Below are positions 1 through 20,843 of a DNA stretch of 64,000 nucleotides, piece after piece (the stretch's first letter is position 1; every line of letters begins with the position of its first letter). The translations under genes and the position numbers were made by a program. The notes beneath the pieces were generated by a model that saw only the letters and a program-made list of their open reading frames with translations, was not told the origin of the DNA and searched no databases. Source of the stretch: Chrysomallon squamiferum (Eukaryota > Animalia > Mollusca); contig CM022669.1 in the NCBI GenBank assembly GCA_012295275.1, positions 14,322,001 through 14,386,000 on the forward strand, given 5' to 3'.

Positions 1-1360
1 TTTCCTGTTCATCTTCAGCGACAACATCCTCATTAAGCAACGACATTTTTTGTTTATCTTCTTTCAAGTTCACCCTGATTTTAGACTTCTCCACAATAGT
101 TTGTAACGTGCTGTTAAAATCTTTGTGGTTTATCTTGCAAGCTTTCTTAATTATGTTGATGGTTTCTTTCGTTTTCTTGTTGGCCACCAACCACCGTAAA
201 GATTCGTCTAAAACACTGTAAAGAAGTAGTTATAATAATAATAATAATCTTAAAACGATTGGTTGAAAACTGTATACCGTTTATTTAAAATTAAAAATTA
301 GGCTAGGAAATATTATTATACATGGAATACAACAAAACATGTACATCAGCAGAAAATACATAATCGAAATGAAAACATTTGTTTATATTAAGAATAATAA
401 TAATAATAACAATAATACAGTTTGAGATTCCTTTATCCGGAATGTTTTCGACCGGAAGTGTTTCAGATTTTGGAATATAAGGAGATAGCATGAGAATAGA
501 ATGTATGTCTAAATATGAATTCTATTTACTTTTCGTATACAGCTTACACTGATAGGCTGCAGGATTTTTTAAAATAATATTTTAAATTATTTTGTTCTTA
601 AAATACGGTTCTTAAAAAAACCTGTTAATAATAATTATGATGATGATGATGATAACAACAACAACAAAAACAACAATAATATTAATAATTACAATACAAA
701 TAATTACCATAGTAATCACAAGAAAAAAAAAATAATAAAGAACTGTTCGAACTGACTATTATTATATCAAAGACAAAATGGTTTCTCGTTCCAACCAGTG
801 CCGCGACATTGGTTCGTCAACTTACAACACTTCGACAACGCTGAAAGACGAGAAGACGGCCAACACCAGCTGCATGCTGCGCCAGCTGTAGAAACGCATG
901 GAGTAGGCGATGGGCGTTATCAGCAATATGGACAGAGCCCACAGCAGAGACCCAGAAAAACCGATCAGCTCCCTTTGTTTTGCTGGAAACAGCTCTAACG
1001 TCATAATGAAGAGAGGAATTAGATAACCCTAAATAAAACGCAGACATATATATATATATATATATATAAGATACATACGAAGATGTAGTACATATAATCG
1101 GACATACAATGTATAATATAATCTTGTCTGTGAAAAAAAAATATTCTTGCTTTATGTGCGAGTGTGTATGTTTTGAGTGCATGCGCCTTGGTATGTGGAT
1201 GTACGTGTGTTTGTGCGCGGTTGCATGTGCACAAGCGGCTGTGTAATGTTGATGCATGGATGCATATGTGTTTGCTGTTATCTGTAAATGACAATAGAGA
1301 ATCTGTGTACTCGACAAATCTATTTTTAGTGTGATCAAAAAAAAAAAAAAAAAAAAAAAA

Positions 1361-1407
<47 letters not shown>

Positions 1408-3216
1408 AAATTAAAAAATTAAATTAAAAAAACAAACAAATTCTATTCAATCAAATATTCTTCATCAAATATTCTTAGGTAAGTTATATAACTGAATGTT
1501 CTATTTGAATGGCGTCCGTAACAAAATAAAATAAACGTTGACGCTGTTAAAAAGTTAACATGCCAATACTTTCCTTTCTCTCTGTTTATTTGTTTCAGAG
1601 TGTAACAGATACACGTACCTGGTGACAAATGCCAACAAGGACACGTAAAACAGCAAACGCTGTGAAGACTGGAACAAACGCCATTGCCACCGTGACAACA
1701 CACAGCAGAAAATGCATCCCGACATGCAGTAGTTTTCTACCGAAGCGATCTGCAAGAGTAGGCAGGAAGGAAGCTCCCAAAAACATTCCAACCATGACCA
1801 GAGTCTGAGAGAGTTTTCCCAGAGCCTCGTTTTCACACACAAGATCCCACTGGGAAAAAGAATTTGATATACACAGTTGTGTTCAAACGGAGAAAAATTT
1901 CATTGGAAATACTATGTAAATTCTATTTGGAACAATTCACAATTACAGTTTTTGATTTCTTTATATTTCATATTTAATATTCAGGGGCAGATGTATTGAC
2001 ATTCATGAACTGTAGCTCTTAAAATCTTTTAATATTAAATACTGATAATACATTTTAACACTCACATAAGTTTCTAGAATCTTAAATCTCACATAACTTC
2101 CTAGAATATTAACGGTCACATAACCTCAAAGAACCTTAAACCCCCACATAACTTCCTGAAAACCCTCGAATAACCTCATAGAATCTTAACCACGACTTAA
2201 CTTCCTAGAATTTTAACCGTCACGTAACTTCCTGGAATCTTAAGCCTGACTTCACATAACATCGTCTTAACCTTTCTAGCCTCAGCACCATCCTTTTTAA
2301 ATCTTAGGTTATATTTGAAACATGTAAGTCACTTGTGTATTGTAAGAGATCTTCGATGAAAGAACATAAATAGTTTTGACTGTTTATTTCTAAAGAAATA
2401 TTCAGCAGAACTGCTAAGATATACAAATTGAAATAAATGAATAGGGGGATAGTAGCAAATGAATTTTCAAGCAAACATAAAAATAAAACATAATAAGGAT
2501 TTGTTCTGGTTAATGTTTTTGGATACTGTTTCATGGATGGTCTAGGGTGCAAAATTTTCAGCCTGCTCTCAATCACAACCGTATTATGGAAAAAATATTT
2601 TGTCAATGGATTGTGTACATGGTAAACATAGTTTCTTTATTTAACGTAATTTAATGAATTAAAATGTTAATAATCTTACAGTTTAGGAATATTTCTTGAA
2701 CGTATTTTCATTTACACCGTTTGTCTACGATTGTGAAAAGACTGAGTAAAACCTCTGCTAACAAGAATAAAGCCTGAACTGCAAGGACTGTCAAAATGTT
2801 TTGAATATGTATATCATTTACTTATTACATTATTATTATCATTTTTTTTTTTTTTTTTACAGTTTTCTTTTGTTTTCTAATACCTCGGAAACAAATGACT
2901 TGTATCTTTCATCCGTGTAATTATATCCGTCCGGACATGCGCGCTCCTTTATTTCCGTTGTGTTGGAGGTGTTAATAAATATTTTGATTTCACAAGATTC
3001 CAACATTACAGTCGCATTTTGGTAGACGTCTGTATCAGACGGAGAATTGCACACGTGTTCTACATCCTTCCCTGAAATAAAATAAAACATTTAGTTTTCA
3101 CATAACAATACAAATCTTTGAATGTCCTTAATCCTGTTTCAAGTTGCTGCTTTCAGTATATGCATCAGTATAAATGTTGGTCTAAAATTATGCTATATAT
3201 TTGTGCGTGTGTGTGC

Positions 3217-3251
<35 letters not shown>

Positions 3252-3979
3252 ATGTAACATATATGTGCCTTTAGTAACTATAGGAATTGAATGCGTGATT
3301 TTACGTTGGTAAAACCACAATAACAGCATACAAAAAAGTTACTTTTATGTTTGAAGATCACGGATATAACGTTTATCTACTTAAGATGTTAGAGTTATCT
3401 GCCTGACTACACTGTTAATATCACATTATAGATATTTAAATAAAACAGCAGAACTGCGTGAGCTGTGCAGACCAAGGACAGAATATTTATCTACGTTAAA
3501 CTTCAGAATTACTTACCCATAAAGATCATTGCCATACTGTTATTATAAAATTATCAAAATATGCACATCTAGAATTACATGACTATAAAAAGTACAAACT
3601 AAATGCTTATCTGTCGTAACTTTAGAATTAAATGACTATGAAAACTACGGATAAAATCTTCATCTTCGATAAATTCTAGCATTATATGACTATAAAAATT
3701 ACGAACAGAATGCTCATCTATCAAAAAATGCAAAATTATAGAACTAAAAAAATCCCGGACCATAAACTGTATAATTACATGACTATTGCAAATATGGACA
3801 GAACGTTTATCTACGATAACCTCTAAGAATTACTTGCCTATGAAGACCACGGACAGAAGATGAAAAGACATGGGGATTCCCGACAGACTGAGAATAAGAA
3901 ACTGTAGAACCTGGTAACGTCCAAACTTTCCCAGAGTCTGCCAGGCTACGTCCACGTCTATCTGTTCTGCAGATTCCAT
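1..3979 (-). CDS. SLC22: SLC22 / organic cation transporter-like MFS protein, copy A (exons 1-5; 3' part runs off the window)
   Basis: Exons 3979-3838, 3071-2884, 1849-1619, 1028-826 and 215-<1 join in frame with matching intron phases. Motifs: TLGKFGRYQ, SEWDLVC, ADRFGRK, LELFP, DESLRWL. Near-identical to copy B. Confidence 0.92.
418..624. mobile_element. Internally deleted pogo/Tigger-like MITE in intron 4 of SLC22 copy A
   Basis: Starts TA|cagtttgagattcctttatccgg and ends aacctg. Homologous to, and at the same intronic position as, the element at 10115-10370. Confidence 0.6.
2060..2262. repeat. Degenerate ~27-bp tandem repeat (cacataacttcctagaatcttaacc) in SLC22 intron 2
   Basis: Roughly 7 diverged copies; a shorter paralogous array lies at ~11490-11625. 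Confidence 0.7.
3355..3860. repeat. Degenerate ~54-bp array derived from the exon-1 donor junction, SLC22 copy A intron 1
   Basis: Recurring tagaattacatgactataaaa...acggacagaa units abut and resemble the exon 1/intron 1 junction. Confidence 0.75.
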
Positions 3980-4504
3980 GATTTGATGCAGAAAATAATG
4001 TTGCGTTGCGAAAGTGTTCAGAACTTTTATTTAGCACGCGACAATCTGCTGACGAATCTCCAATGATTAAAATGCAGGATCATTAATACGAACAGGTCCA
4101 GTCCAGAGCAAGCCAGCAGGGTAGTTGCTGTGGATATAACACTTTGTCTTGACATCCAGTTTTTTTACTTTGCCCATGTGAAATACAGTTTTGCAATTAA
4201 CATACTTACCGACCCAAACAAACACAAACACTCACGCACACATATTTTTAGCTTTTTCTTTCGCACCAGCCTCGTATGCTTCTTTGGAACCGCTCCGTGG
4301 CAGCTGGATGAAGAAAACGACATTTGTCTAAATTTTTTAATTTTTTTTCTAATATGTACACCGGTGAAAACGTGGCCATGCTTATAATTAATACACTTCG
4401 TAAATACAATGACAAAAAAAAAAAAAAAAAAAAAAAAGAGCTTGTTGATACTGTTTGCACTTGTACGTGTGTATGTATATATGTATAAACATGAAGGAGT
4501 GAGA

Positions 4505-4751
<247 letters not shown>

Positions 4752-4867
4752 GGCAGCGATCTAAGAAACGAAAGAAGTCTGATTCAGAGGCCAACTCGTA
4801 TTCTGAGATATTTACAGTAATCACACATATGTAATTTGAATTAAACTTACGAAAATTCTACGGAAAA

Positions 4868-4898
<31 letters not shown>

Positions 4899-5818
4899 GA
4901 AACACACACAAAGACACACATACACACATATTATTTATTTATTTGATCTAATTCTGAGTTCTAGGTTTTTCTAAATGTTGAATAAAATAAACACTTAGCT
5001 AATGAGACAAAATAATTCTCTCTAAGGTGTTAATTTGTTTGGCTAATGAAACAGAATAAACTATGAAAAGAAAGTATACGCGTATATATGCATGCAATGA
5101 ATATAAAGAAGGATTATAAAGTAAAATAACTATAAAATGTATAACATTTATAGTTTTAATAATTATAATAAAATTTAAAATCAAGCTAATTATTCAATTA
5201 TCTGTCTTAATGATGCCTTTCGGTAACCGAACCGAGTGTATGTGCGTATATGTGTGTGTGTGTGTGTATCTGTGCGCGCGCGCTACAACTAATACTAAAA
5301 ATAATAGAAATAATAATAATGATTATGATGAAAACAAAGACAACAATAACACAAACAACTACTATAATGTCAATAACTATAAACCATCACCACCACCAAC
5401 GACAACAACAACAGCAACAACAACAACAACACAATAATAGTAAAAATACTTTAATAAAAGTTAGAGGAAAGTTCTCATTGATTCACCTAGGTTATCAGTG
5501 CAAAAGTTGAATAATAAGAAATAACAAAAACCTTGAACATTTTCTATTTCTATTTGATTTTTAACAATATAGTAATTGTTTTTTATGCTTCACTCACCAT
5601 TATCAGTAATTTAAATATTTCTTATATTGCTGTTGTTACCGTTTTTTTTCTTTTCTTCATTTCGTTTTGTTATTATTATTATGATGTATATATGTGAAAT
5701 GCACATTTGATTAAATACGATTATTTATTTTTTATTCTCTTGCATATTAGTAGTTAGTAGACTCAGTTTCAGCATGAATGGTCATTTAATTAGAAAAAAA
5801 TTCGGCGGAACTAATATT

Positions 5819-5880
<62 letters not shown>

Positions 5881-6208
5881 CTACATACAAACACACACTC
5901 TTTCCGCTGATACATAATTACAATCTCTCCCCGTATCAAAAACAAAGACTATGGTGTTTACTTTTTTTATTTTTTTATTTCTAGTTTCTTTTTTTTTCTT
6001 TCTTTGCTAATAACTTCACTACTTGCTGGTTCCTACTTAACCCTTAACTGAAATGTAGAGATGAAAAAAGTAAATCGGCACAAAGGAATTTAGTGTCGAA
6101 ATGTGCGTTTTCGTGTATATATGTTCCTTATGTGTGTGTTCATTTGTTTGTGTGTCTCTCTGTGTGTGTGTATGCTTCTCCTCTGTGTCTTTCTTCACGT
6201 GAGTATGT

Positions 6209-13329
<7,121 letters not shown>

Positions 13330-14116
13330 GATTTGATGCAGAAAATAATGCTGCGTTACAAAAGTGTTCAGAACGTTTTTTTTGTTTAGCACGCTACCAT
13401 CTGCCGACGATTCTCTAATAACTGAAATTAATGCAAGATCATTAATATCAACAGGTCCAGTCCATAGCAAGCCAGCAGGGTAGTTTCTGTGGACGTAACA
13501 CTTTCTCATGATATCCAGTTTTTTTAAGTTTGCCCATGTGAAATACAGTTTTTCACCTAAACACACTCACCTACGCACACAAACAAACACGCACACAAAC
13601 TCTACACATATATAACATGCGCGCTTCCATCCGAACAAATACTTGAATTGGTCAGTAAACAAAACAATTCGTTATTGACAAGCGATCAAGCATTGATTTC
13701 TGCATGAGGGGTTATTAATAAACTGTTACGTATTTCACCATGTGGAATAAGCGTACAGAATAAGACAGCTGTACCCAGTGTTTAGTGAATTGTAATACAC
13801 AATCACTAGACATTGTAAATTTTGTATCAGATTTCTGAAAATGATCTAGTATTTCTTTTTGTATTGATTTACGCTTTTTTTTTTTTTTTTTTCTTCTTTT
13901 TTTTCTTTTTCTTTTTTTTTTCTTTTCTTTTTTGTTTTGTTTTTTCTTTCGCACCAGCCTCGTATGCTTCTTCGTATTAATTGATACACTTCATAAATAC
14001 AATGATTTCTTAAACAGAAATGTCAAAACAAAAGTAAAAACAAAAATGAGTTTGTTGACACTGTTTGCACTTGTACGTGTGTATGTATATATGTATAAAC
14101 ATGAGGGAGTGACAGG

Positions 14117-14505
<389 letters not shown>

Positions 14506-14765
14506 TGAAGAAATGGATGTATAGATGGAAAGATCGAAAGATGGATGGATGAAACAAGTCTCAATAAAAAATATTAGCAAACAATGAATCAGACGGAGTG
14601 AACGACGAAGAAACTGGCAGTTTGTTTGTGTGGGTGCTTGATCCTGTTTGCTGTCCTCATCAGCTTGATATTCGATATACAGACATGAGCTACTTAGTCA
14701 TACGTCAGATTAAAGTAGCTCACCTCAACATTTGCTGAAGTAAAACAACAGCAACAACAATAAAA

Positions 14766-14820
<55 letters not shown>

Positions 14821-15017
14821 TGATGATGATAAATAGCAGTAGTAATGATAATGATGATGATGATGATGATGATGATAATGATGATGATGATGATTGTGAT
14901 AGCTTATACTGCAAGTCTTAATAACATACAAATTTTCTTCTGTCTAAATAATGAAATAACGCTGTATCATATTAAACAGATCTCTTTAATTAAAGTATCA
15001 TCATCATCATCATCATT

Positions 15018-15058
<41 letters not shown>

Positions 15059-15261
15059 TATTGTTGTTGTTATTGTTGTTGTTATTATTATTATAAGATG
15101 TCGACTGAAAAATCCATACAAAGGGAAATAACTTGTGTGTGTATGTTTGATCTTTCTCAGTAAATGATTTCATTTTAAATTTATTTCATGTTTTGATTAG
15201 AGCACTTATTTTTTGTTTTTCTCGTATCGAATCGTTCACCACCTTGTCTTATCTGTCTGTC

Positions 15262-15297
<36 letters not shown>

Positions 15298-15496
15298 CAG
15301 TGTAGAAATTTAGTACACTACACACAAATGAGTAGATAATGATTAGAATCGTGTATTTCGTGTTGAAGTGTGTCTGTGCGTGTGTGCGTGTGTTGTGTGC
15401 ATATTGGTAATCGTTAAGTAGCTATAATTATGATGTTACTCTGTATTTTGTGCAGTATTTTGAGTTAAATATGTATTTACGTGTTGGTTATAATGT

Positions 15497-15551
<55 letters not shown>

Positions 15552-17154
15552 TGTACATGTAGGTGTCTATGAAATACATACATACATACATATACTCATA
15601 TTACTGTTTCTGTTACGTTCATGCATACGCATATTTTTGTGTGTAAGTGTACCTGTGTTGTTTTCAGTGCTTTGTAAATGTATTCATGCAGTGATTAACA
15701 TCAGTACATAGACAGAAGCAGAACGACACACCTAAATATTCCGGTCTTTAAAGACAGAAATGCAAAGACACACAACAGACAAATACACAAGCACATAGAC
15801 ATGCTATAAACTAACGCTCTGACAGATAAATATTTATACACAGGCACACCACCGCCCAGTGTTTTCAGCACAGGTAACAAGCAAGACCTTGGAGAGATTA
15901 GCGTAAAATAAACTGATCTTTGTCGTTGGTGTTTATTAAAATTGTAAAATCTTTTACAGCTTTTATTATACTTTGCAACAAAAGCTACTTGTAGATATTC
16001 TTTTAGAGAAATCCAGTAATTTCGTTCGCGATCGGAAACAAGGGTCAGTGAAGAAAACATCAAAAAGCTCTATGATCTAGTTAGAACTGAACGCATTTGA
16101 CGTTAAGAGGACGACAGAAGAAAGGTATTAAAACAGAGCAATATCAGAACGCCGTTAAACTGTTTCTAACGCCTCACTGGTTTCCAACACTGAATTGGTG
16201 AGGGTATCACTTGTTTTGTCCGCGTCTTTATTTTTTTTTATTTTATTTTTTTTTTTTTCTTCTCTCTCTGTTTTTCTTAAATATATATATTTTTTTTTTT
16301 TTTGGGGGTATTTGTGTCTACAGTCGTATTTCTGTTTTGACTCCATTTAAAACGCAAACCCAACGTCAGACCTTTCTGTTTGTTCGTCCGTCCTGGCCAC
16401 GTTCCAATATCACCTTTTCAAACGAAATGCAAACAGTGACACCGAATTCATAATATCAAAAATACACTTCGAATGGACGTAGTGAAAAGAAAAGTCTTAA
16501 TTGGATTCTTTATGTGTCATGTCATATTAAACTAGATCGAACTGGGCTTGTTATGGAAGACATTAACGGTCGTTAGGCAGAAGTATGCAAACATTTGACG
16601 CGGCGTAAAAAGCGATCCTTCGTACGTACACTGTTTTGGCAACAAAAGCGAAATCAACCGGGTTTTTGTCATTGTATGGGTGCAATAAATAGCCGTATAA
16701 TGTCCCGCTTGTGTCTGTGCCTGTCAGAGAAAAATACTTTTGTTGAAAACAAGTCTGAATATATATAGAAATATGACGTATACTGTAAAGGTGTTTGGTT
16801 TTATTGTATCAGTTAACACGAACTGAAAATCCGTCGATGAAATATATACATACTGTTTTTTAAAAAAAGCCGAAATGTCGTCGGTTACTGGTCTTCGCGA
16901 ATAGACAGTAATTGTGAAATTCTCTTCTAAATAACTGATAAAAATCAGTATCGTTATTTTTACCAGCAGATCGGAAAGAAAGGAATAATTTAACTGGATT
17001 TTTTACCTGATACCCATTCATTTCACAACTGGAGTCGGTAAGGGTGGATTTACTTTACCAGCTGAACAATCAGTCACCGCTTTGGAATTAATCAACAAGA
17101 ACGTGTACACTTTTAATTTTTCACCTGTCTTTATAAATTAACACGTTTTGATCT

Positions 17155-17189
<35 letters not shown>

Positions 17190-17315
17190 GATAACTACAA
17201 CAAAAGTGAAATAACGAAGATTTCAATTTCAGTGGAGTAATTTACGTCGTCTAACAATACAATTTTTTCGTTAACTTTTCTTAGCGATTAACTTGAAAAA
17301 AGTGTAAGAGTGAAA

Positions 17316-17675
17316 ATGGGTTGCTTGGAATCGTCAGGCTGGGCGAAGATGGCGCTGTTGGTGTTGCTGCTGGGAATGCTTCTGCATATTTCGGGTTGGG
17401 CGACGCCAAATTTCATGGTGTACGAGACCGCGTCTGGAGTTCTCAAAGTGACCGTCGGGTTATGGCGGATGACGTCATGCGCGAGCAGTTCGTGTCAGGA
17501 AGTCGCTGTGAGCTCCATCTATGTCAATGGTAAGTCAGTCCGTGCAGCGAAATGCCGAGCCACGGCATTTACAACACTTGTTAGTGGTTTGTATCCACAC
17601 TGGTTAAATGAATTGTATGTCTTTCTAAACGTGTGTGTGCGTGTGTGAGTGTGTGTGTGTGAATATACATTCAGG

Positions 17676-17707
<32 letters not shown>

Positions 17708-17922
17708 TACATATATACATACATACAAACATACACACATACATACAAACATTAATACATACATATATTCTTACACACATATATACGTACAAGCATGCAC
17801 AAAGACAAACAGAAAAACAGACACACACACTCACACACATACACACAGATATATATATATATATTGAATGTGTGAGTATGTATGTATATGTGTGTATGTA
17901 TGCATGTATGTGTGTGTATGTA

Positions 17923-17995
<73 letters not shown>

Positions 17996-18645
17996 GTATG
18001 TGTGTGTATGTATATACATATTTTGTGTATGTCTGTGTGTGTATATGTCCACATTCCTTTATGTTATTTTTGCCCATTATTCTGCCTCGCAAAATTTAAA
18101 ATTAAAACAAGAAAGAAAAGCAGAATAAATAAATAATTGTTCATAATATCCTTTCAATCCTATTAAGAATATATATATATATATATATAGATATAGATAA
18201 AAAAAAGAATGAAAGAAAAAAACAAAGAAGTATTAAAACAGAACAAACAAAAACTCCTGCATAAAGGTCGTATCACTAGACCTTTGTTTAAACGTGTCAT
18301 TAGTTTTACTTAACACCTGAATACAGAATTACTCATACATTAACTTTGTAACGTATATTAACTAACTAATATACGTAACGTAATATTGTAATGTAAACAC
18401 AAATCAAGACAAACTCAATAACACAGTAAACAAATATGACTTCAAACAAACCAGCCCCACACGTACAAGCGTGTTTGTGTTTGTGTTTATATCAGCAGTG
18501 TTCCCAGTCAGTGGTGATTCTGCTTTATTTGTACACAGAAATTAACCCTGGATTTTAAAAACAAAATTCTAAATATATGACTCCATCTACATCCCATTGT
18601 TTCTCTCTTTGTTGTATTCTCAACACCCACGTAAATAAATTTGGA

Positions 18646-18706
<61 letters not shown>

Positions 18707-20173
18707 AGAGAGAGAAAGAAAGAAAGAAAGACAGAGAGATAGAAAGACAGTGACAGAGTGACAGATCGACTGTGACTGATACGAAAAAAGTTAAAAATGT
18801 ACTAATGTTCAAACTTTAAAACAATACATCTGTTAACGTTATTATTTTATAATTTACATTTGAAATTAACATTAACTTGTTTTTTATTGTTATTATTGTC
18901 ATGTTATTATGTTATTTTATAATTTATAATTTGAAATTATTATTAACTTATTTTATTTTTTTGATTATTATTTTATTATTATTATTATTTTATTTATCAA
19001 ATCAATTTACAAGAAGTTAATTAATTTAAAAATATCTTTTTTTTTAAACTATTAAACGCTTTACTTATACAAAACGTTTTCCTTTAAATGTGAACAAAAA
19101 TTATAATGTTTACCGTAAAATCAAACTGAATGTATCAGTTACAACATACACGACAGCGTGACTCTGTCTAAAAATAACTGTTTTTCACGTTTAGTTTAAC
19201 CTTCCATAGCATCGTAAACATATCTAAATATCGGTGGTTTTAAAATCTTGCTATTGTTTACTTTCTTTAATTATTTTATTTTATTTTTTTTATTTTTTAT
19301 TTTATATTATTTTTTTTATTTTTTTTTCATTTTATTATATTATATTTTATTTTATTTTATTTTATTTTGTTTTTTTATTTTATTTTATTTTATTTTAATT
19401 TTATTTTTTATTTATTTTATTTTATTTTTATTTTATTATTATTATTATTATTAGTTTTGTTATTTTATTTTATTTTTTTTATTTTTATTTTTTTTTTTTT
19501 TTATTAATTTTATTTAATTTTATTTATTTATTATTATTATTATTTATTTTGTTGTTGTTGTTGTTTGTTGTTTTTGTTGTTTGTTAATTTAACTACGTTA
19601 TCTTTCACTTAACACTGTTAATTTATGTACGTTTACATTCACGCTAATAATGAATATCGTTTTTTTTTTTTTTTTAAATCATTTTCAGGTCTGTTCAACG
19701 CGACTCGTGCTATGATGACCATTGCCTTCCTGCTAGTAATCATGGCCACAGTTCTTCTCTTTATCTACGTGTTCTTCAACTCAGCCAGAGTTCAGAGTTT
19801 GGCCAATGTCTGCATGTGGCTCTGCTTTGCAATGGGTAAGATTAAATTTAATATTCAGAACACAACTGCGACCGAAAAAAAATATGGAGTGAAAAAAAAA
19901 TCGGTGAATAGTGGTAGTAGTGGTAGTTTCAGTGAAAGTGATGGTATGAGTAGCAGTAGTAGTGACAGGAGACGTGGTGGAGGTAGTATAAGCGCTGGGG
20001 ATAAAATTCATATCAGTCTTGGCAGTGGCTATACTCACGTATATGAATGTATTATGTGTGTATGTATGTATAATCGTAGTAATGTAGTTTTAATATAATT
20101 GCATGTATATATATATACATATACATACATATAAACATATATATATATATGTAGATGTTCTGTATGTGTATAA

Positions 20174-20266
<93 letters not shown>

Positions 20267-20611
20267 TACATTATAAACTGAAAAAATAATAACATAAATT
20301 TGTTTTTTTTCTTTGAAGGACTTTTCACGCTGATCGGAATGATTATCTGGCTGGCCTACATCCCCAGCCCCTTCGTCGTCTCCTTCTCCCTCGGGCTGTG
20401 TGTCCTGGGCATGATTCTCACCCTCATCGCTGGCGCGCTCATGATACCGGAAGTGTTTGAACCTCGATATCGCAGCGACTCAGATCGAGGCTACTCCAGA
20501 GAAGGCCGAGGCTGGTCGAGAGGGGACCGCCGGTGGTCTAGGGGAGGAATATCCGATAGAGGGGGGTACAACACAAACAGACCCCCCGTACAAAGATCCT
20601 GGATGGAATAG
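17316..20611 (+). CDS. Claudin/PMP22/EMP-superfamily tetraspan membrane protein (217 aa)
   Basis: Exons 17316-17529, 19689-19835 and 20319-20611 (654 nt, both introns phase 1, GT-AG). Four hydrophobic segments, and a GLW..C....C signature in extracellular loop 1. A probable 5' UTR intron spans donor 17038 to acceptor 17284. Confidence 0.9.
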
Positions 20612-20812
20612 TCAGTTTGTTACAGATTCGGTTTGTTGTTTTGTTGTTTTTGTTTTCAAACAGAAGAGATTGTATGGTTATGGCTGGATGTGGCAATCGT
20701 TGGCCAGGATTCTTGATAAAGATTCCTTGAATACGATCAGGAGATTTATTTTCTTTACTTTGTTTTTAATATGTTGGTTTGATCAACATTATTAATATTA
20801 TTATTGTTTTGG

Positions 20813-20843
<31 letters not shown>

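Noticed and set aside
798-998. Plus-strand ORF (and alternative-frame ORFs) over SLC22 and PGRP exons
   Set aside because: Antisense or shadow frames of real GC-richer exons.
13330-13566. N-terminal extension of SLC22-B (MRKCYVHRN...)
   Set aside because: The paralogous region upstream of copy A has indels that break this frame, and MESAEQ matches the normal SLC22 start position; treated as 5' UTR.
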